Positions 8,297-17,532 are shown, numbered from the stretch's first letter. The stretch: 42,007 nucleotides of DNA from Patescibacteria group bacterium (GCA_036266555.1 DATAMW010000043.1:1-42007), one strand, 5' to 3'. A program made the numbers and translations. Notes: generated from the sequence alone by a model not told the origin.

Positions 8297-8325
8297 ATTT
8301 TAGGACATATCGCAAATAAAATCAA
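8297..8325 (-). promoter_or_regulatory. sigma70-type promoter for tRNA-Arg(TCG)
   Basis: On the minus strand: TTGATT (8325-8320), a 17-nt spacer, then TAAAAT (8302-8297). Confidence 0.7.
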
Positions 8326-8374
8326 TGGCTAAAGAGGGGACAAGCTGCTTTGCGCTGAGCTACGGCGCCGGCCA

Positions 8375-8383
8375 TGATATACT
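8375..8383 (+). promoter_or_regulatory. extended -10 (TGaTATACT) 9 nt upstream of the holA-like ATG
   Basis: TG at 8375-8376, TATACT at 8378-8383, ATG at 8393. There is no SD sequence. Confidence 0.5.
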
Positions 8384-8392
8384 ACAAAAGAT

Positions 8393-9349
8393 ATGATAAC
8401 TTTACTTTTAGGCACAGACACTTTAGCCAAAAAACTCCGCATTTCCGAGGCTGCTAAGTTGGCCGGAGCTGAGGTGGAAACATTCACTGAATCTACTGCA
8501 AACTTGAGCGTGGACTCGATTTTGCAAACAGCAGTAGGGCAGCAGCTTTTTGGTGCGCCAAAAATTGTGGTCCTCGACCATGTTTGGAAAAAGTTGGACA
8601 CAGAAGTGCTGCTCGAAAAGTTTGGGGACAGCAGCGCATCGTTCTATATAGTTGAGGACTCCTTGGATAAGCGGACCAGTGCGAATAAAGAATTTTTAAA
8701 AGATGCCCGAGTGACAGTTGTTGAATTAAACGCTCCGATTGGCACGCGCGCGAGCACTGACTGGATTGTGCAGTATGCAAAAGACAATAACATTAAAATT
8801 GACTCAGCTGCCGCATTTGCTTTGGCCTCAGCTTTGCTCCTTGATGAAGATGCGAGCTTAGACGTTTTGCACGCCCAAAACGAATTGCAAAAGTTAAAAC
8901 AGTTTGCTGTCAGCGAAGGTGGTGCCATAACCAAAGATATGGTCGCGCTATTAGTAGAAACCGAAACTGGCGTTGACGTATTCGCATTACTCAACGCCAT
9001 TGCCACAAAGAACAAAAAATTAGCGCTACAAATGCTGACCGCATTTTTTGAAACAGAAACCGCTGATGAAAAAACTAATGCGATAAAAGTTGCGGCGCTG
9101 CTGTCTGACCAGTTCAGAAGTTTAGCCATTGCCATAGATGCAGATGAGCGCCGCATGCCTGACGATGCTGTTTTGCAGCTAACTGGCTGGAAAAGCGGGC
9201 GACTGTTTATAATGAAAAAATTGTCGCGCAATTTTACTTTATCAAAAGTTAAGCAAGCTTTATCAAAACTTGAGAATTTAGATCGTGAACTCAAAACCGG
9301 TACCATGCCCCCGCACGTTGTTCTGGACTTGATTATTGCGGATATGTAA
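8393..9349 (+). CDS. holA: DNA polymerase III delta subunit-like protein
   Basis: 318 aa, helical and alanine/leucine-rich, with general resemblance to HolA (N-terminal LLGTD..., C-terminal LDRELKTG...). Family recognition by eye only. Confidence 0.6.
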   Translation: MITLLLGTDTLAKKLRISEAAKLAGAEVETFTESTANLSVDSILQTAVGQQLFGAPKIVVLDHVWKKLDTEVLLEKFGDSSASFYIVEDSLDKRTSANKEFLKDARVTVVELNAPIGTRASTDWIVQYAKDNNIKIDSAAAFALASALLLDEDASLDVLHAQNELQKLKQFAVSEGGAITKDMVALLVETETGVDVFALLNAIATKNKKLALQMLTAFFETETADEKTNAIKVAALLSDQFRSLAIAIDADERRMPDDAVLQLTGWKSGRLFIMKKLSRNFTLSKVKQALSKLENLDRELKTGTMPPHVVLDLIIADM

Positions 9350-9350
9350 A

Positions 9351-9377
9351 TAAAAAAAGACTGTTATCGCACAGTCT
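9351..9377 (-). terminator. intrinsic terminator for the lipoprotein gene
   Basis: AGACTGT (9358-9364) / ACAGTCT (9371-9377) form the stem. The T run (9351-9357 as A on the plus strand) is present only in the minus-strand reading. Confidence 0.75.
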
Positions 9378-9413
9378 AGGGCGGACGAGATACGTCGTTG
9401 TTTGTTGTTAAAG

Positions 9414-10031
9414 TTAAAGGTGCGGAATATCGAGTGATGATTGAGCGGCTTTCACTTGTTGGTATAACTTTTCTATTGAATCCACCTCTTGCTTATTAAC
9501 CTCGTTAGCGCTTTTGGTAATTTTTTGCCGTTTTGCTTCAGCGGATTTCCTTTGGCTGTCCACAATTTTGTAGCAAATTGAAATCACTTTATTGTATTCA
9601 ACTAGACTCGGAATTCCGGACTGATCCATCTTTGTTAAAGATTCGTTGTCCACAAGGAAGGAATATTCAGCGTATTTGTGGAAAGTTGCCGGATCAGATT
9701 CCTTTAGGGTATTTTTCGCACCACGAATACTTTTCCGCAGCTCGTCCATCATGTTGTCTATAGCCTGATTGTATTCCATAGAGGCTGCGGTAATTCTTTG
9801 GTTGAGTCGAAACTCGGCTTCTTTGTTTAAGCGATTGTAATCGGCTTCGCTTTTTACTTGATCAGCCGTGGCAAGGATTGTTATAAACTGAGGTTCAGGG
9901 ACAGGCTGTTCCTCCGGTGATGTCGTGGCCCCGGTTCGCTCATTTGAACTTGATGACTCAGTTTTCTTTAAACAACCCGAAAGTGCGCACGTTAAAAATA
10001 ACACGATTGAAATTGTCGTAATTTTTTTCAT
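9414..10031 (-). CDS. lipoprotein, function unknown (helical/coiled-coil)
   Basis: MKKITTISIVLFLTCALSGC carries a lipobox (LSGC). Confidence 0.75.
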   Translation of the reverse strand: MKKITTISIVLFLTCALSGCLKKTESSSSNERTGATTSPEEQPVPEPQFITILATADQVKSEADYNRLNKEAEFRLNQRITAASMEYNQAIDNMMDELRKSIRGAKNTLKESDPATFHKYAEYSFLVDNESLTKMDQSGIPSLVEYNKVISICYKIVDSQRKSAEAKRQKITKSANEVNKQEVDSIEKLYQQVKAAQSSLDIPHL

Positions 10032-10110
10032 TTTTTTCCTCTTCTTCAGTTGGATTCCTAATCTTGGATTGCAGGATAGGTTAGCGCTATCCTATCATTT
10101 TCTGAGCATA

Positions 10111-10139
10111 TTTACAAGTTGCCTAGAAAGCGCTATAAT
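10111..10139 (+). promoter_or_regulatory. sigma70-type promoter
   Basis: TTTACA (10111-10116), a 17-nt spacer, then TATAAT (10134-10139). The downstream gene has an AGGAGG SD. Confidence 0.7.
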
Positions 10140-10194
10140 ATGCGCAACTTAGGTTTTCTAAGAATCAAAATTTTCCCAGGAGGAAGAAGATAAA

Positions 10195-10977
10195 ATGGAT
10201 AATCCAATCGTGTATGGTCTAGTTGCCGCATCGATAGTGGCGTTACTTTTATACATTATTTCGTTCATTGGCGGTGTGATAAAAGTTGCCAATCTGAATC
10301 GAAAGAACGAAGAAGCCTATAAAAGCTGGATTGACGATCAAATTCACATCATCAAGTTTTTACCTCAGAATATTGATACGTTGACCCATGCAGGAAGTAC
10401 TGCATTGGCGATGAGCGGAGCCGTTTTATGGAGGTTAGGCTCGTTTGCAAAAACACCTCAAAATTTTTTTGGAGAGTTGCTTAAGAGTGACCTGCAAATG
10501 AGCGAGAACTTAACAAATATCGCAACCCCTACTTATTTCCATAATGACTCCGAGCGATTAACTCAATTTTTTAGCTACTTGCTTTTCGAAGCCAGAAAAG
10601 CTTATGTGGAAAATCTTCGTCAAACCTCGCTCCATCCAACTCGGAAGGAATTGCAATCCCGCCTGTCTGGACTTGAGACAGTGCGAGTATGGAACCTCGA
10701 ACCTTTAATCACCATATTCCCGCGCTGGCGATTTACAGAAAACCCTTTGATCAGGCCCGCTGCTCTAGATGCGTCATTTAAGAAGTTTAAACTTCGCATT
10801 GCATACGAGATCATAAATGATGCTTTAAGTGATCCGAATTACAAACCACGAATCGAAGATGGAAGTTCGGTTGCTCATATTGTACAGCAATATGGCTGGG
10901 AGGATGATGATATTCGAATCGGACAGGGCGACTATGAAAAATTTATGGCCCTCTTTCCCGACCAATCTTTGGGGTAG
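10195..10977 (+). CDS. membrane-anchored hypothetical protein
   Basis: 260 aa with an N-terminal TM helix, an AGGAGG SD upstream and a strong terminator downstream. No family recognised. Confidence 0.7.
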   Translation: MDNPIVYGLVAASIVALLLYIISFIGGVIKVANLNRKNEEAYKSWIDDQIHIIKFLPQNIDTLTHAGSTALAMSGAVLWRLGSFAKTPQNFFGELLKSDLQMSENLTNIATPTYFHNDSERLTQFFSYLLFEARKAYVENLRQTSLHPTRKELQSRLSGLETVRVWNLEPLITIFPRWRFTENPLIRPAALDASFKKFKLRIAYEIINDALSDPNYKPRIEDGSSVAHIVQQYGWEDDDIRIGQGDYEKFMALFPDQSLG

Positions 10978-10999
10978 AATTTCATTTTCGTTTCAAAAA

Positions 11000-11037
11000 A
11001 CCGCGAAACACTAACTAGTGTTTCGCGGTCATTTTTT
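11000..11037. terminator. bidirectional intrinsic terminator
   Basis: A 12-bp stem ACCGCGAAACAC / GTGTTTCGCGGT, with an A run upstream and a T run downstream, between convergent genes. Confidence 0.88.
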
Positions 11038-11047
11038 ATTGCAAAAT

Positions 11048-12901
11048 TTATTTATTCTTCTTGCGTTCGTTCAAAGTTAAATACTTCTTACGAATGCGAA
11101 TAGATTTTGGAGTAACTTCAGCAAGCTCATCGCCGCCAATGTATTCCAAAGCAAAGTCCAAGGAAACTTCTTTTGGTGGAGTTAGAATAATAGAAGAGTC
11201 AGAACCAGAGGCACGCATGTTTGTTAGCTTTTTGCCTTTAGTTACGTTTACTTCCAAATCAGTTGGCAAAGCATTAACACCTACAACCATACCCATGTAA
11301 ACTTCAGTTGCAGGACCAATGAACAAAGTACCGCGGCCTTGAGCATTGTTTAGCCCGTAAGCCAAAGCAGAACCAGCTTCAGAAGCAATAATCGAACCAT
11401 GTTCGTTGCTACGCAAGTCAATATCATGCATTGGTTTAAAGCTATCAAACAAGTTATTAATGATAGCAGTCCCTTTAGTACGAGTAAGCAGCAAGTTCTT
11501 TAAACCAATCATACCGCGGGTTGGAATGATGTATTCCACATGGATGTCGCCGCCTGGGTTAGAATCCATTTGCTGTAATTGACCGCCACGCTTACCAGCT
11601 TCTTCAATTACCACCCCTTGATGTTCAGCTGGAACATCAATAGTTAAGATTTCAAAAGGCTCCATCTTTACGCCATCTTCTTCGTGGAAAATAACTTGGG
11701 GTTGAGATACCTGCAGTTCAAAACCTTCACGGCGCATAGTTTCGATTAACACACCTAAGTGAAGTTCACCACGGCCAGAAACCATAAACGCATCACCAGA
11801 CTCAGTAGATTGTTCAACACGCAAAGCCACGTTAGTTTCTAATTCACGGTCTAAGCGGTCTTTAATTTGACGGCTAGTCAAAAGCGTCCCTTCGCGACCG
11901 GCGAATGGGGAAGTGTTAACACCAAAAGTCATTTTAATAGTTGGCTGCTCAATTTCTACTGGAGGAATTTGAGTTGGATTAGTAGCATCAGCTAAAGTGT
12001 CGCCAATTTGAATATTATCAAAACCACCTACAGCAACAATGTCACCAGCAGTTGCTTCTTCTACTTCTGTTGGCACTAAACCTTCGTACATTTGTAGAGA
12101 AGAAATTTTGCCATTAACTTGCTTGCCGTCACGGTTAATGTGCGCTACGTTCTCAGACTTCTTCACATTTCCAGCTGTAATTTTACCAATGCCGATTTTT
12201 CCTTTGTAGTTGTCGTAACGCAAAGCCAAAATTAGCATACCAAATGGTTCATCAATTGCTACTTCAGGACCTTCAATATGTTCGATAATCGCTTCAAACA
12301 CAGGAATAATATTGTGCGTATCGTTTGGTAAAGTGGCGCCTGTATCTTTTGACTTCACAGCATCTAGAACCGGCTGCAACTCATTATGAGCAACACCATT
12401 AATACCACTAGCGTAAATAATCGGGAAGTCTAATTGCTTATCAGTTGCACCAAGAGAAACAAACAAGTCAAAAGTTTTGTTGATCACTTCGTCTACTTGA
12501 GCTTCTGGTTTATCAACTTTATTAATTACTACAATAGCTTGATGACCCAGCTCCAAAGCTTTCTTTAAAACGAATTTAGTTTGAGGCATTGGACCTTCTT
12601 TAGCATCGACTAATAGCAGCACACCGTCAGCCATTTTTAGAGTACGTTCAACTTCACCACCAAAGTCTGCGTGACCAGGAGTGTCTACAATATTGATTTT
12701 AGTATCTTTGTAAATTACTGAAGCGTTTTTAGCAGTAATAGTGATGCCGCGTTCCCGTTCCAAGTCACCGCTGTCCATAATTAAATCAGCGCCACTGTCT
12801 TTCACAGTGTCGGTTTGTTTTAACATGGCGTCTACTAATGTAGTTTTGCCATGGTCTACGTGAGCGATGATCGCAACGTTGCGGATGTTATCTCGTTTCA
12901 T
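11048..12901 (-). CDS. typA: translational GTPase TypA/BipA
   Basis: IRNVAIIAHVDHGKTTLVDAML, DTPGHADFGGEVER and NKVD G-motifs. Length 617 aa. Confidence 0.96.
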   Translation of the reverse strand: MKRDNIRNVAIIAHVDHGKTTLVDAMLKQTDTVKDSGADLIMDSGDLERERGITITAKNASVIYKDTKINIVDTPGHADFGGEVERTLKMADGVLLLVDAKEGPMPQTKFVLKKALELGHQAIVVINKVDKPEAQVDEVINKTFDLFVSLGATDKQLDFPIIYASGINGVAHNELQPVLDAVKSKDTGATLPNDTHNIIPVFEAIIEHIEGPEVAIDEPFGMLILALRYDNYKGKIGIGKITAGNVKKSENVAHINRDGKQVNGKISSLQMYEGLVPTEVEEATAGDIVAVGGFDNIQIGDTLADATNPTQIPPVEIEQPTIKMTFGVNTSPFAGREGTLLTSRQIKDRLDRELETNVALRVEQSTESGDAFMVSGRGELHLGVLIETMRREGFELQVSQPQVIFHEEDGVKMEPFEILTIDVPAEHQGVVIEEAGKRGGQLQQMDSNPGGDIHVEYIIPTRGMIGLKNLLLTRTKGTAIINNLFDSFKPMHDIDLRSNEHGSIIASEAGSALAYGLNNAQGRGTLFIGPATEVYMGMVVGVNALPTDLEVNVTKGKKLTNMRASGSDSSIILTPPKEVSLDFALEYIGGDELAEVTPKSIRIRKKYLTLNERKKNK

Positions 12902-12944
12902 AATTGGTTTATTTCATCAAAAAATAGCCGCTCAAGGGCTAATA

Positions 12945-12990
12945 AACAAAATTATACCAGTAACCCGCTAAAAAAGCAAGTTACTGGTAT
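12945..12990 (-). terminator. intrinsic terminator of the AAA+ gene, overlapping the extended -10 (TGgTATAAT) of typA
   Basis: An 11-bp inverted repeat, ATACCAGTAAC (12954-12964) / GTTACTGGTAT (12980-12990). On the minus strand the descending arm continues as ...TGGTATAATTTTGTTT. Confidence 0.65.
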
Positions 12991-13006
12991 GTAAATAAAA
13001 GTGATG

Positions 13007-14164
13007 CTACTGTCCACCTGTCCATGCAACATAGTTGTCGTAAGGGCTGGGTTGGATTGTCCCAACAACAGATTCCTCCGGTTCTGGTGGCGGAACAATT
13101 GCTGCGCCAGGGAGCCTGTGAAAAGCACCTTTACCGAGCTCTTCGTTAAACGTGACTTTAACAATATCACCGGTTTCCACCTGTTCAGTGGCCACTAAGT
13201 TTGATAGCGGCAGCACCAGTGCTTTTTCAATGACCCGTTTGATATGCCGTGCCCCGTATTGCGTATCCAAACCTTCGCGGAAGAGAAAATCTCTGAAATC
13301 ATCTTCACATTGGAAAATAAATTTACTCTTAGATTTGGATTCGATAATCCGATTTTGCACATCCATGAGTTCGAGATCGAGAATTTTTCGCAAATGTTGT
13401 TCTGTTAAGGAATGAAACACTACGACTTTATCAATTCGATTCATGAATTCCGGACTAAATTTACGTTTCGCAGCAGACAAAGCAGTGTGGTAAATTTGCT
13501 GCCGAAGCAGAAGTTCTTCTTTGACGCTTTTTGCGGGCGCGAATCCAATTCCTCCGCTAATTAATTCAGACATTTCTCTGGCCCCTAAGTTCGAGGTCAT
13601 AATGATGATTGATTTCGAAAAATCAACCTTACGATTGTCACCCAAAGTTAGGGTAGCTTTATCTAAAATGCCGAGCATTAATTTGCAGAGCGTGTCATCG
13701 GCTTTTTCAATTTCATCAAACAGAACAAAAGTCAGCTTGGTGTCATCATCGTGGCATTTGTCCAAGTTGTCTTGGGTAAAGATTGGCGAGGTTTCGCGGT
13801 GCCCTAAGTATCCGGGAGGGGAACCGATTAATTTCGCAATGTCATGATCGCTTTGAAATTCGCCACAATCAATTTTGATCACAGCTTTTTGATCGGGAAA
13901 CAGGATTTCAGCCGCAGCTTCCACAGTCTTGGTTTTTCCTGAGCCAGTTGGGCCCATGAACAGGATTGTGTCTAAGGGGCGGTTCGGATTGTTCATCCTG
14001 CCCAAATAAGTTTGAAAAATACGAGCCATATGACGCACCGCTCGATCTTGTCCGATAACTTTAGAGAGAAGTTTTTCTTCAAATTCAACTGCTCTTTGGC
14101 TTTTCCGTCCTGGATCTAAAATTGGTTTTCGCACCAATTGCTTAACAGTGGCTTCTTGATACAT
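13007..14164 (-). CDS. single-module AAA+ ATPase resembling the ClpA/ClpB D2 domain
   Basis: VIGQDRAV...GPTGSGKT (Walker A), LFDEIEKA (Walker B), SNLG and a ClpB_D2-small-like segment. Only 385 aa, with no N-domain, D1 or middle domain. A strong AGGAGG SD is present. Confidence 0.85.
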   Translation of the reverse strand: MYQEATVKQLVRKPILDPGRKSQRAVEFEEKLLSKVIGQDRAVRHMARIFQTYLGRMNNPNRPLDTILFMGPTGSGKTKTVEAAAEILFPDQKAVIKIDCGEFQSDHDIAKLIGSPPGYLGHRETSPIFTQDNLDKCHDDDTKLTFVLFDEIEKADDTLCKLMLGILDKATLTLGDNRKVDFSKSIIIMTSNLGAREMSELISGGIGFAPAKSVKEELLLRQQIYHTALSAAKRKFSPEFMNRIDKVVVFHSLTEQHLRKILDLELMDVQNRIIESKSKSKFIFQCEDDFRDFLFREGLDTQYGARHIKRVIEKALVLPLSNLVATEQVETGDIVKVTFNEELGKGAFHRLPGAAIVPPPEPEESVVGTIQPSPYDNYVAWTGGQ

Positions 14165-14320
14165 CTTTTCCTCCTGTCGTACATGTGATGGTAGAGTTCC
14201 ATTCTAGCGCCGCGTTGGCACTAAGATATATAAATTATATTCTCAGGCTCTGAATTGTCAATTTAATTTATAATTCGTCAATTTTAAGGTATAATATAGG
14301 CACTTAATCCAAGCAAAATT

Positions 14321-15355
14321 ATGGCCACTTCAAAATCGCAACGCATTCAGACAATTAGTTTCCTGGTATTACTATTAATTGTTTTCATCTTAGTCTTGTT
14401 CATTTTCCGACCGTTTGTAAATATTATTGCGCTAGCAGTTATTTTAACAATCTTGTTTCGCCCGGTTTACAATTGGCTGCTGAGTAAAGTGCATCGTCCA
14501 GGTGTAGCCAGTATTTTAACAGTGCTGTTAATTTTACTAATTATTGCTGTGCCAATTTGGTTTTTTGGTCAAGTGCTTTTTAATGAAATTGTAAATTTAT
14601 ATAACAGATACCGCAGCGGCGCATTTGTCATCGACCGTAGCCAGATTATTTCTACACTGCCAACTCAACTGCAAACCGCAGTGCAAAGTTTAAGTTCTGA
14701 TATTAATTCTTTTATTGGCCGGTTAAGTTCTGAGGCCTTTGCATCATTCTCGAGTATTCTGTCGAACATTGCTGGATTTATTTTAGCTACGTTCATGTTG
14801 TTTTTCATGGTCTATTATTTGTTGCGTGATGGCCGTAAAATTAAAGAAGTTTTAAAAGATATTTCGCCGATTTCATCTGTGAATGAAAATAAATTAATTG
14901 ATAGAATTATTGCTGCAGTGAACGGCGTGGTAAAAGGCTCGTTCCTAATTGCAATTTCGCAGGGGATAGTAGCCACCGTTGGCTTTTTAATTTTTGGTGT
15001 GCCAGAAGCATTTCTGTGGGGACTGTTTACTGTTGTGGCTGCGTTGGTGCCAACTGTAGGGACTTCGCTAGCTGTTATTCCCGCTGTGATTTATTTATTC
15101 ATTACCGGTCATACTCCGCAAGCCATTGGTTTGTTAATTTGGGGCGCTGCTGCAGTTGGTTTAGTCGACAATTTCCTTGGTCCAAAGTTAGTTAGCCGCG
15201 CTACTAAGTTGCATCCAGTGTTGGTGCTGCTTGCAGTAATCGGTGGTTTAAAATTCTTTGGTGTGCTGGGTTTCCTAATTGGTCCAATTTTGTTGGCAAT
15301 CTTCGTAGCTCTCATTGATATGTACCGCAACGACTTTAAAGAATACTTAGCTTAA
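14321..15355 (+). CDS. AI-2E family transporter (PerM-like permease)
   Basis: 344 aa polytopic membrane protein with typical AI-2E/UPF0118 sequence character. Confidence 0.8.
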   Translation: MATSKSQRIQTISFLVLLLIVFILVLFIFRPFVNIIALAVILTILFRPVYNWLLSKVHRPGVASILTVLLILLIIAVPIWFFGQVLFNEIVNLYNRYRSGAFVIDRSQIISTLPTQLQTAVQSLSSDINSFIGRLSSEAFASFSSILSNIAGFILATFMLFFMVYYLLRDGRKIKEVLKDISPISSVNENKLIDRIIAAVNGVVKGSFLIAISQGIVATVGFLIFGVPEAFLWGLFTVVAALVPTVGTSLAVIPAVIYLFITGHTPQAIGLLIWGAAAVGLVDNFLGPKLVSRATKLHPVLVLLAVIGGLKFFGVLGFLIGPILLAIFVALIDMYRNDFKEYLA

Positions 15356-15374
15356 TTTCTAACTCTGCTCAGCC

Positions 15375-16598
15375 ATGCCATTTTTATTTGCATCTTTAAT
15401 AGTTCTAGCGCCACTCTATGTTTGGCGCTTTTCTATTAATTTAGCTGGTCATTCACTGCCAACTAATTTTTTAATGCTCGCGAACTTTTTTGTTATTGCT
15501 GTGGGTTTATTGATGATAGCGCGTGAGGGGGTTGGTACGCACGGGTTTAGCGAAGGCCGCCGCGCTGTTCAAGAAAAGATAAATCAAGTTTTGATAAAAC
15601 TAGGGCGGCCGCTGTTGGTGGCGATTGGGCTATTTGGCTTGGCAAGCCTAATTTCATTATTTGCGTTTGGTGTGGATGCAGAAAAATTAGCACAATGGGT
15701 AGTGCTGTACGCACAACCATTAGTAATTTTCTTTTTAATTCAATATTTTAACTACGATGGTAGTTGGAATAAATATTTCCGGATTGCGGCGTACGTTGTT
15801 CTTGGCGCGGCTGGCGCATTAGCTTTAGTACAATATTTTACATTAGCCACTTTGCCCCCAGTGTGGTGGGGGAATGCCAATGAACCTAAGCGCGCAATTG
15901 CGTTTTTTGCGCACGCGAATGCGTTTGGGTTGTTTATGACGCCATTGTTGGCGTGGTTAATTCCCGATGTAGTGCAAAACTTGCGTACCAAGAATTTTCT
16001 GTGGCCATTGCTCTGGGGAATTGGCGCTGCAGGAATGTTTTTCTCATTGTCTCGTGGCGCGTGGCTGGGCTTGCTTGCTGCTGTAGTTGTGTACGCGTTA
16101 GTAACAGCGAATAAAAAATTTATTTTAGCTTGCGGCGTAGCAGGATTGGTATTGGTGGGAGTTGTGGCTGCTGTGCCAAATTTGCGTTATCGGGTGCTGT
16201 TGCCATTTCATGGTGAAAAATCTACCGTGGCCAGATTCAGTTTGTGGGACACAGCCGGTAAAATGCTGCACGACAGTCCAGTGCTTGGCAAAGGCGTAAA
16301 TGGTTTTAGCGATAACTGGAATAAGTACAACACAGACACAGGCTTAGACCATTACAATTTTCCACATAATATATTTTTAAATTTTTGGGTGGACTTGGGA
16401 CTGCTCGGGCTCGTGAGCATGGTGTTAATTTTATTGCTTAGCGCGTGGCGCGGGTTTACGCGTCGTAACACAAGCCTGGCTGCGTTCGGATTACTGCTAT
16501 TTATAGTGGCAATGGTTGTGCACGGGCTTATCGATATTCCATATTTAAAAAACGACCTAGCGCTCGTATTTTGGATCGTTTTGGCTCTTGGCCTTTAA
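15375..16598 (+). CDS. O-antigen ligase/polymerase-like membrane protein (Wzy_C family)
   Basis: 407 aa with about 10-12 TM helices and the FSLSRGAWLGLL motif region typical of Wzy_C/O-antigen ligase domains. Confidence 0.78.
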   Translation: MPFLFASLIVLAPLYVWRFSINLAGHSLPTNFLMLANFFVIAVGLLMIAREGVGTHGFSEGRRAVQEKINQVLIKLGRPLLVAIGLFGLASLISLFAFGVDAEKLAQWVVLYAQPLVIFFLIQYFNYDGSWNKYFRIAAYVVLGAAGALALVQYFTLATLPPVWWGNANEPKRAIAFFAHANAFGLFMTPLLAWLIPDVVQNLRTKNFLWPLLWGIGAAGMFFSLSRGAWLGLLAAVVVYALVTANKKFILACGVAGLVLVGVVAAVPNLRYRVLLPFHGEKSTVARFSLWDTAGKMLHDSPVLGKGVNGFSDNWNKYNTDTGLDHYNFPHNIFLNFWVDLGLLGLVSMVLILLLSAWRGFTRRNTSLAAFGLLLFIVAMVVHGLIDIPYLKNDLALVFWIVLALGL

Positions 16599-16668
16599 TC
16601 AGCTTGCCAAACTGGCTGTATTCGCCTATATTCTATCTAAGATAGAAAAAATTACGGAGGTAAGTATA

Positions 16669-17145
16669 GTGCAAAATCCAAAAACGAAAGTGCAACAAGC
16701 ACGGATTTTTACATTTAGTGAAATGTGGACTGCTGATTGGCGCTGCAAATTTAATGACGGCGAACAGCGTTGCGTGGAACCATGTCGCAGTGTTCTCCTC
16801 AATGTGCAGGAGAATCAACAGCTTGATGAAGCCTTGAAAAAAACCGATGCTGGTAACCCTCCCTCGGGACCAAAGGCGGCAACGTATATTTTAGAAAACA
16901 ATTTGGGCACTCCTCTTTGTTCGCTACATGTAGCCGCAGAATATACACTGCTAGTAGAATTAAGTGCTCAGCCCGAAGACGTTCAAGCTATGTGCGCACA
17001 CGTAGCCCAGAGCCGAAGCTGCTCTTTGCTAGCGGTTTGGCGTAAGGCTAAAGCTTTGGCAACAGCCGAAAATATAACTCCAGCCGAAGCAGTAGATCTC
17101 TGCATGTTCAGTTCAGAAGGTTGGAACTCTGGAGCCTGGAAATAA
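16669..17145 (+). CDS. hypothetical protein (Cys-containing, no family recognised)
   Basis: The start is set at GTG 16669, 8 nt downstream of GGAGG. The track ORF start at 16588 overlaps the previous gene and has no SD. Confidence 0.6.
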   Translation: MQNPKTKVQQARIFTFSEMWTADWRCKFNDGEQRCVEPCRSVLLNVQENQQLDEALKKTDAGNPPSGPKAATYILENNLGTPLCSLHVAAEYTLLVELSAQPEDVQAMCAHVAQSRSCSLLAVWRKAKALATAENITPAEAVDLCMFSSEGWNSGAWK

Positions 17146-17156
17146 ATTCCGGCTGG

Positions 17157-17202
17157 TTCAGTAGAAGTATTAATTTACTTTTGCTGAACTTTTTTATTTT
17201 TT
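17157..17202 (+). terminator. intrinsic terminator
   Basis: GTTCAG-t-AGAAGTA / TACTTTT-g-CTGAAC followed by TTTTTTATTTTTT. Confidence 0.75.
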
Positions 17203-17532
17203 ACCGTGGAATTGATGAAACAGGCGATGCACAACTGGAGCGGCCATCACGCCAATAGAAACCAAAAATATTACTCCAGAAAATAGAGCGTAAAATGATG
17301 CAAAAATTTTGCCAGCATCAGTGGTGAGAGCGTTTACAGGACCCATGCCGCCAAGAATCATTGCTGAGTTTAACACAGCATCAATCCAGCTCATTCCCTC
17401 TAAAACTTTATATCCAATAATTCCAATTAGCCATGAGCCTCCCACTAGCAAACTCGCCCCCAAAGCAAATTTAACAACTCGAATGGTAAATTGTTCGCGA
17501 GAAATTAATGGTTGAGAATGATGCTCAAACAT
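17194..17532 (-). CDS. minimal 2-TM ion-channel-like protein (Ion_trans_2-like pore with non-canonical filter)
   Basis: 112 aa. The segment SWIDAVLNSAMILGGMGPVNALTTDAGKIFASFYALFSGV parallels the K+ channel pore helix-filter-TM2 pattern (..DA.y.s..T.TTVGYGD..P.T..GK.f), but has GGMGP in place of GYGD. Confidence 0.55.
   Translation of the reverse strand: MFEHHSQPLISREQFTIRVVKFALGASLLVGGSWLIGIIGYKVLEGMSWIDAVLNSAMILGGMGPVNALTTDAGKIFASFYALFSGVIFLVSIGVMAAPVVHRLFHQFHGKK

Noticed and set aside
8644-9306. 220-aa minus-strand ORF, and the similar long antisense ORFs at 5810-6298, 2577-2999, 4049-4429 and 38517-39005.
   Set aside because: All lie fully inside well-supported sense genes (holA-like, pilM/N, pilB, pilC, pnp). 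Their Ser/Ala/Cys-rich low-information translations are typical of antisense frames.
14240-14300. Direct repeat GTCAATTT...TATAAT / GTCAATTTT...TATAAT upstream of the AI-2E permease gene, as a possible operator or tandem promoter.
   Set aside because: The units are short and lie in very AT-rich DNA. The spacing does not fit a -35/-10 pair, and I cannot separate this from chance.
16588-16668. Longer N-terminus (start 16588) for the 16.6-17.1 kb ORFan.
   Set aside because: It would overlap the O-antigen-ligase-like gene by 11 nt and has no SD. GTG 16669 is preceded by GGAGG at ideal spacing.
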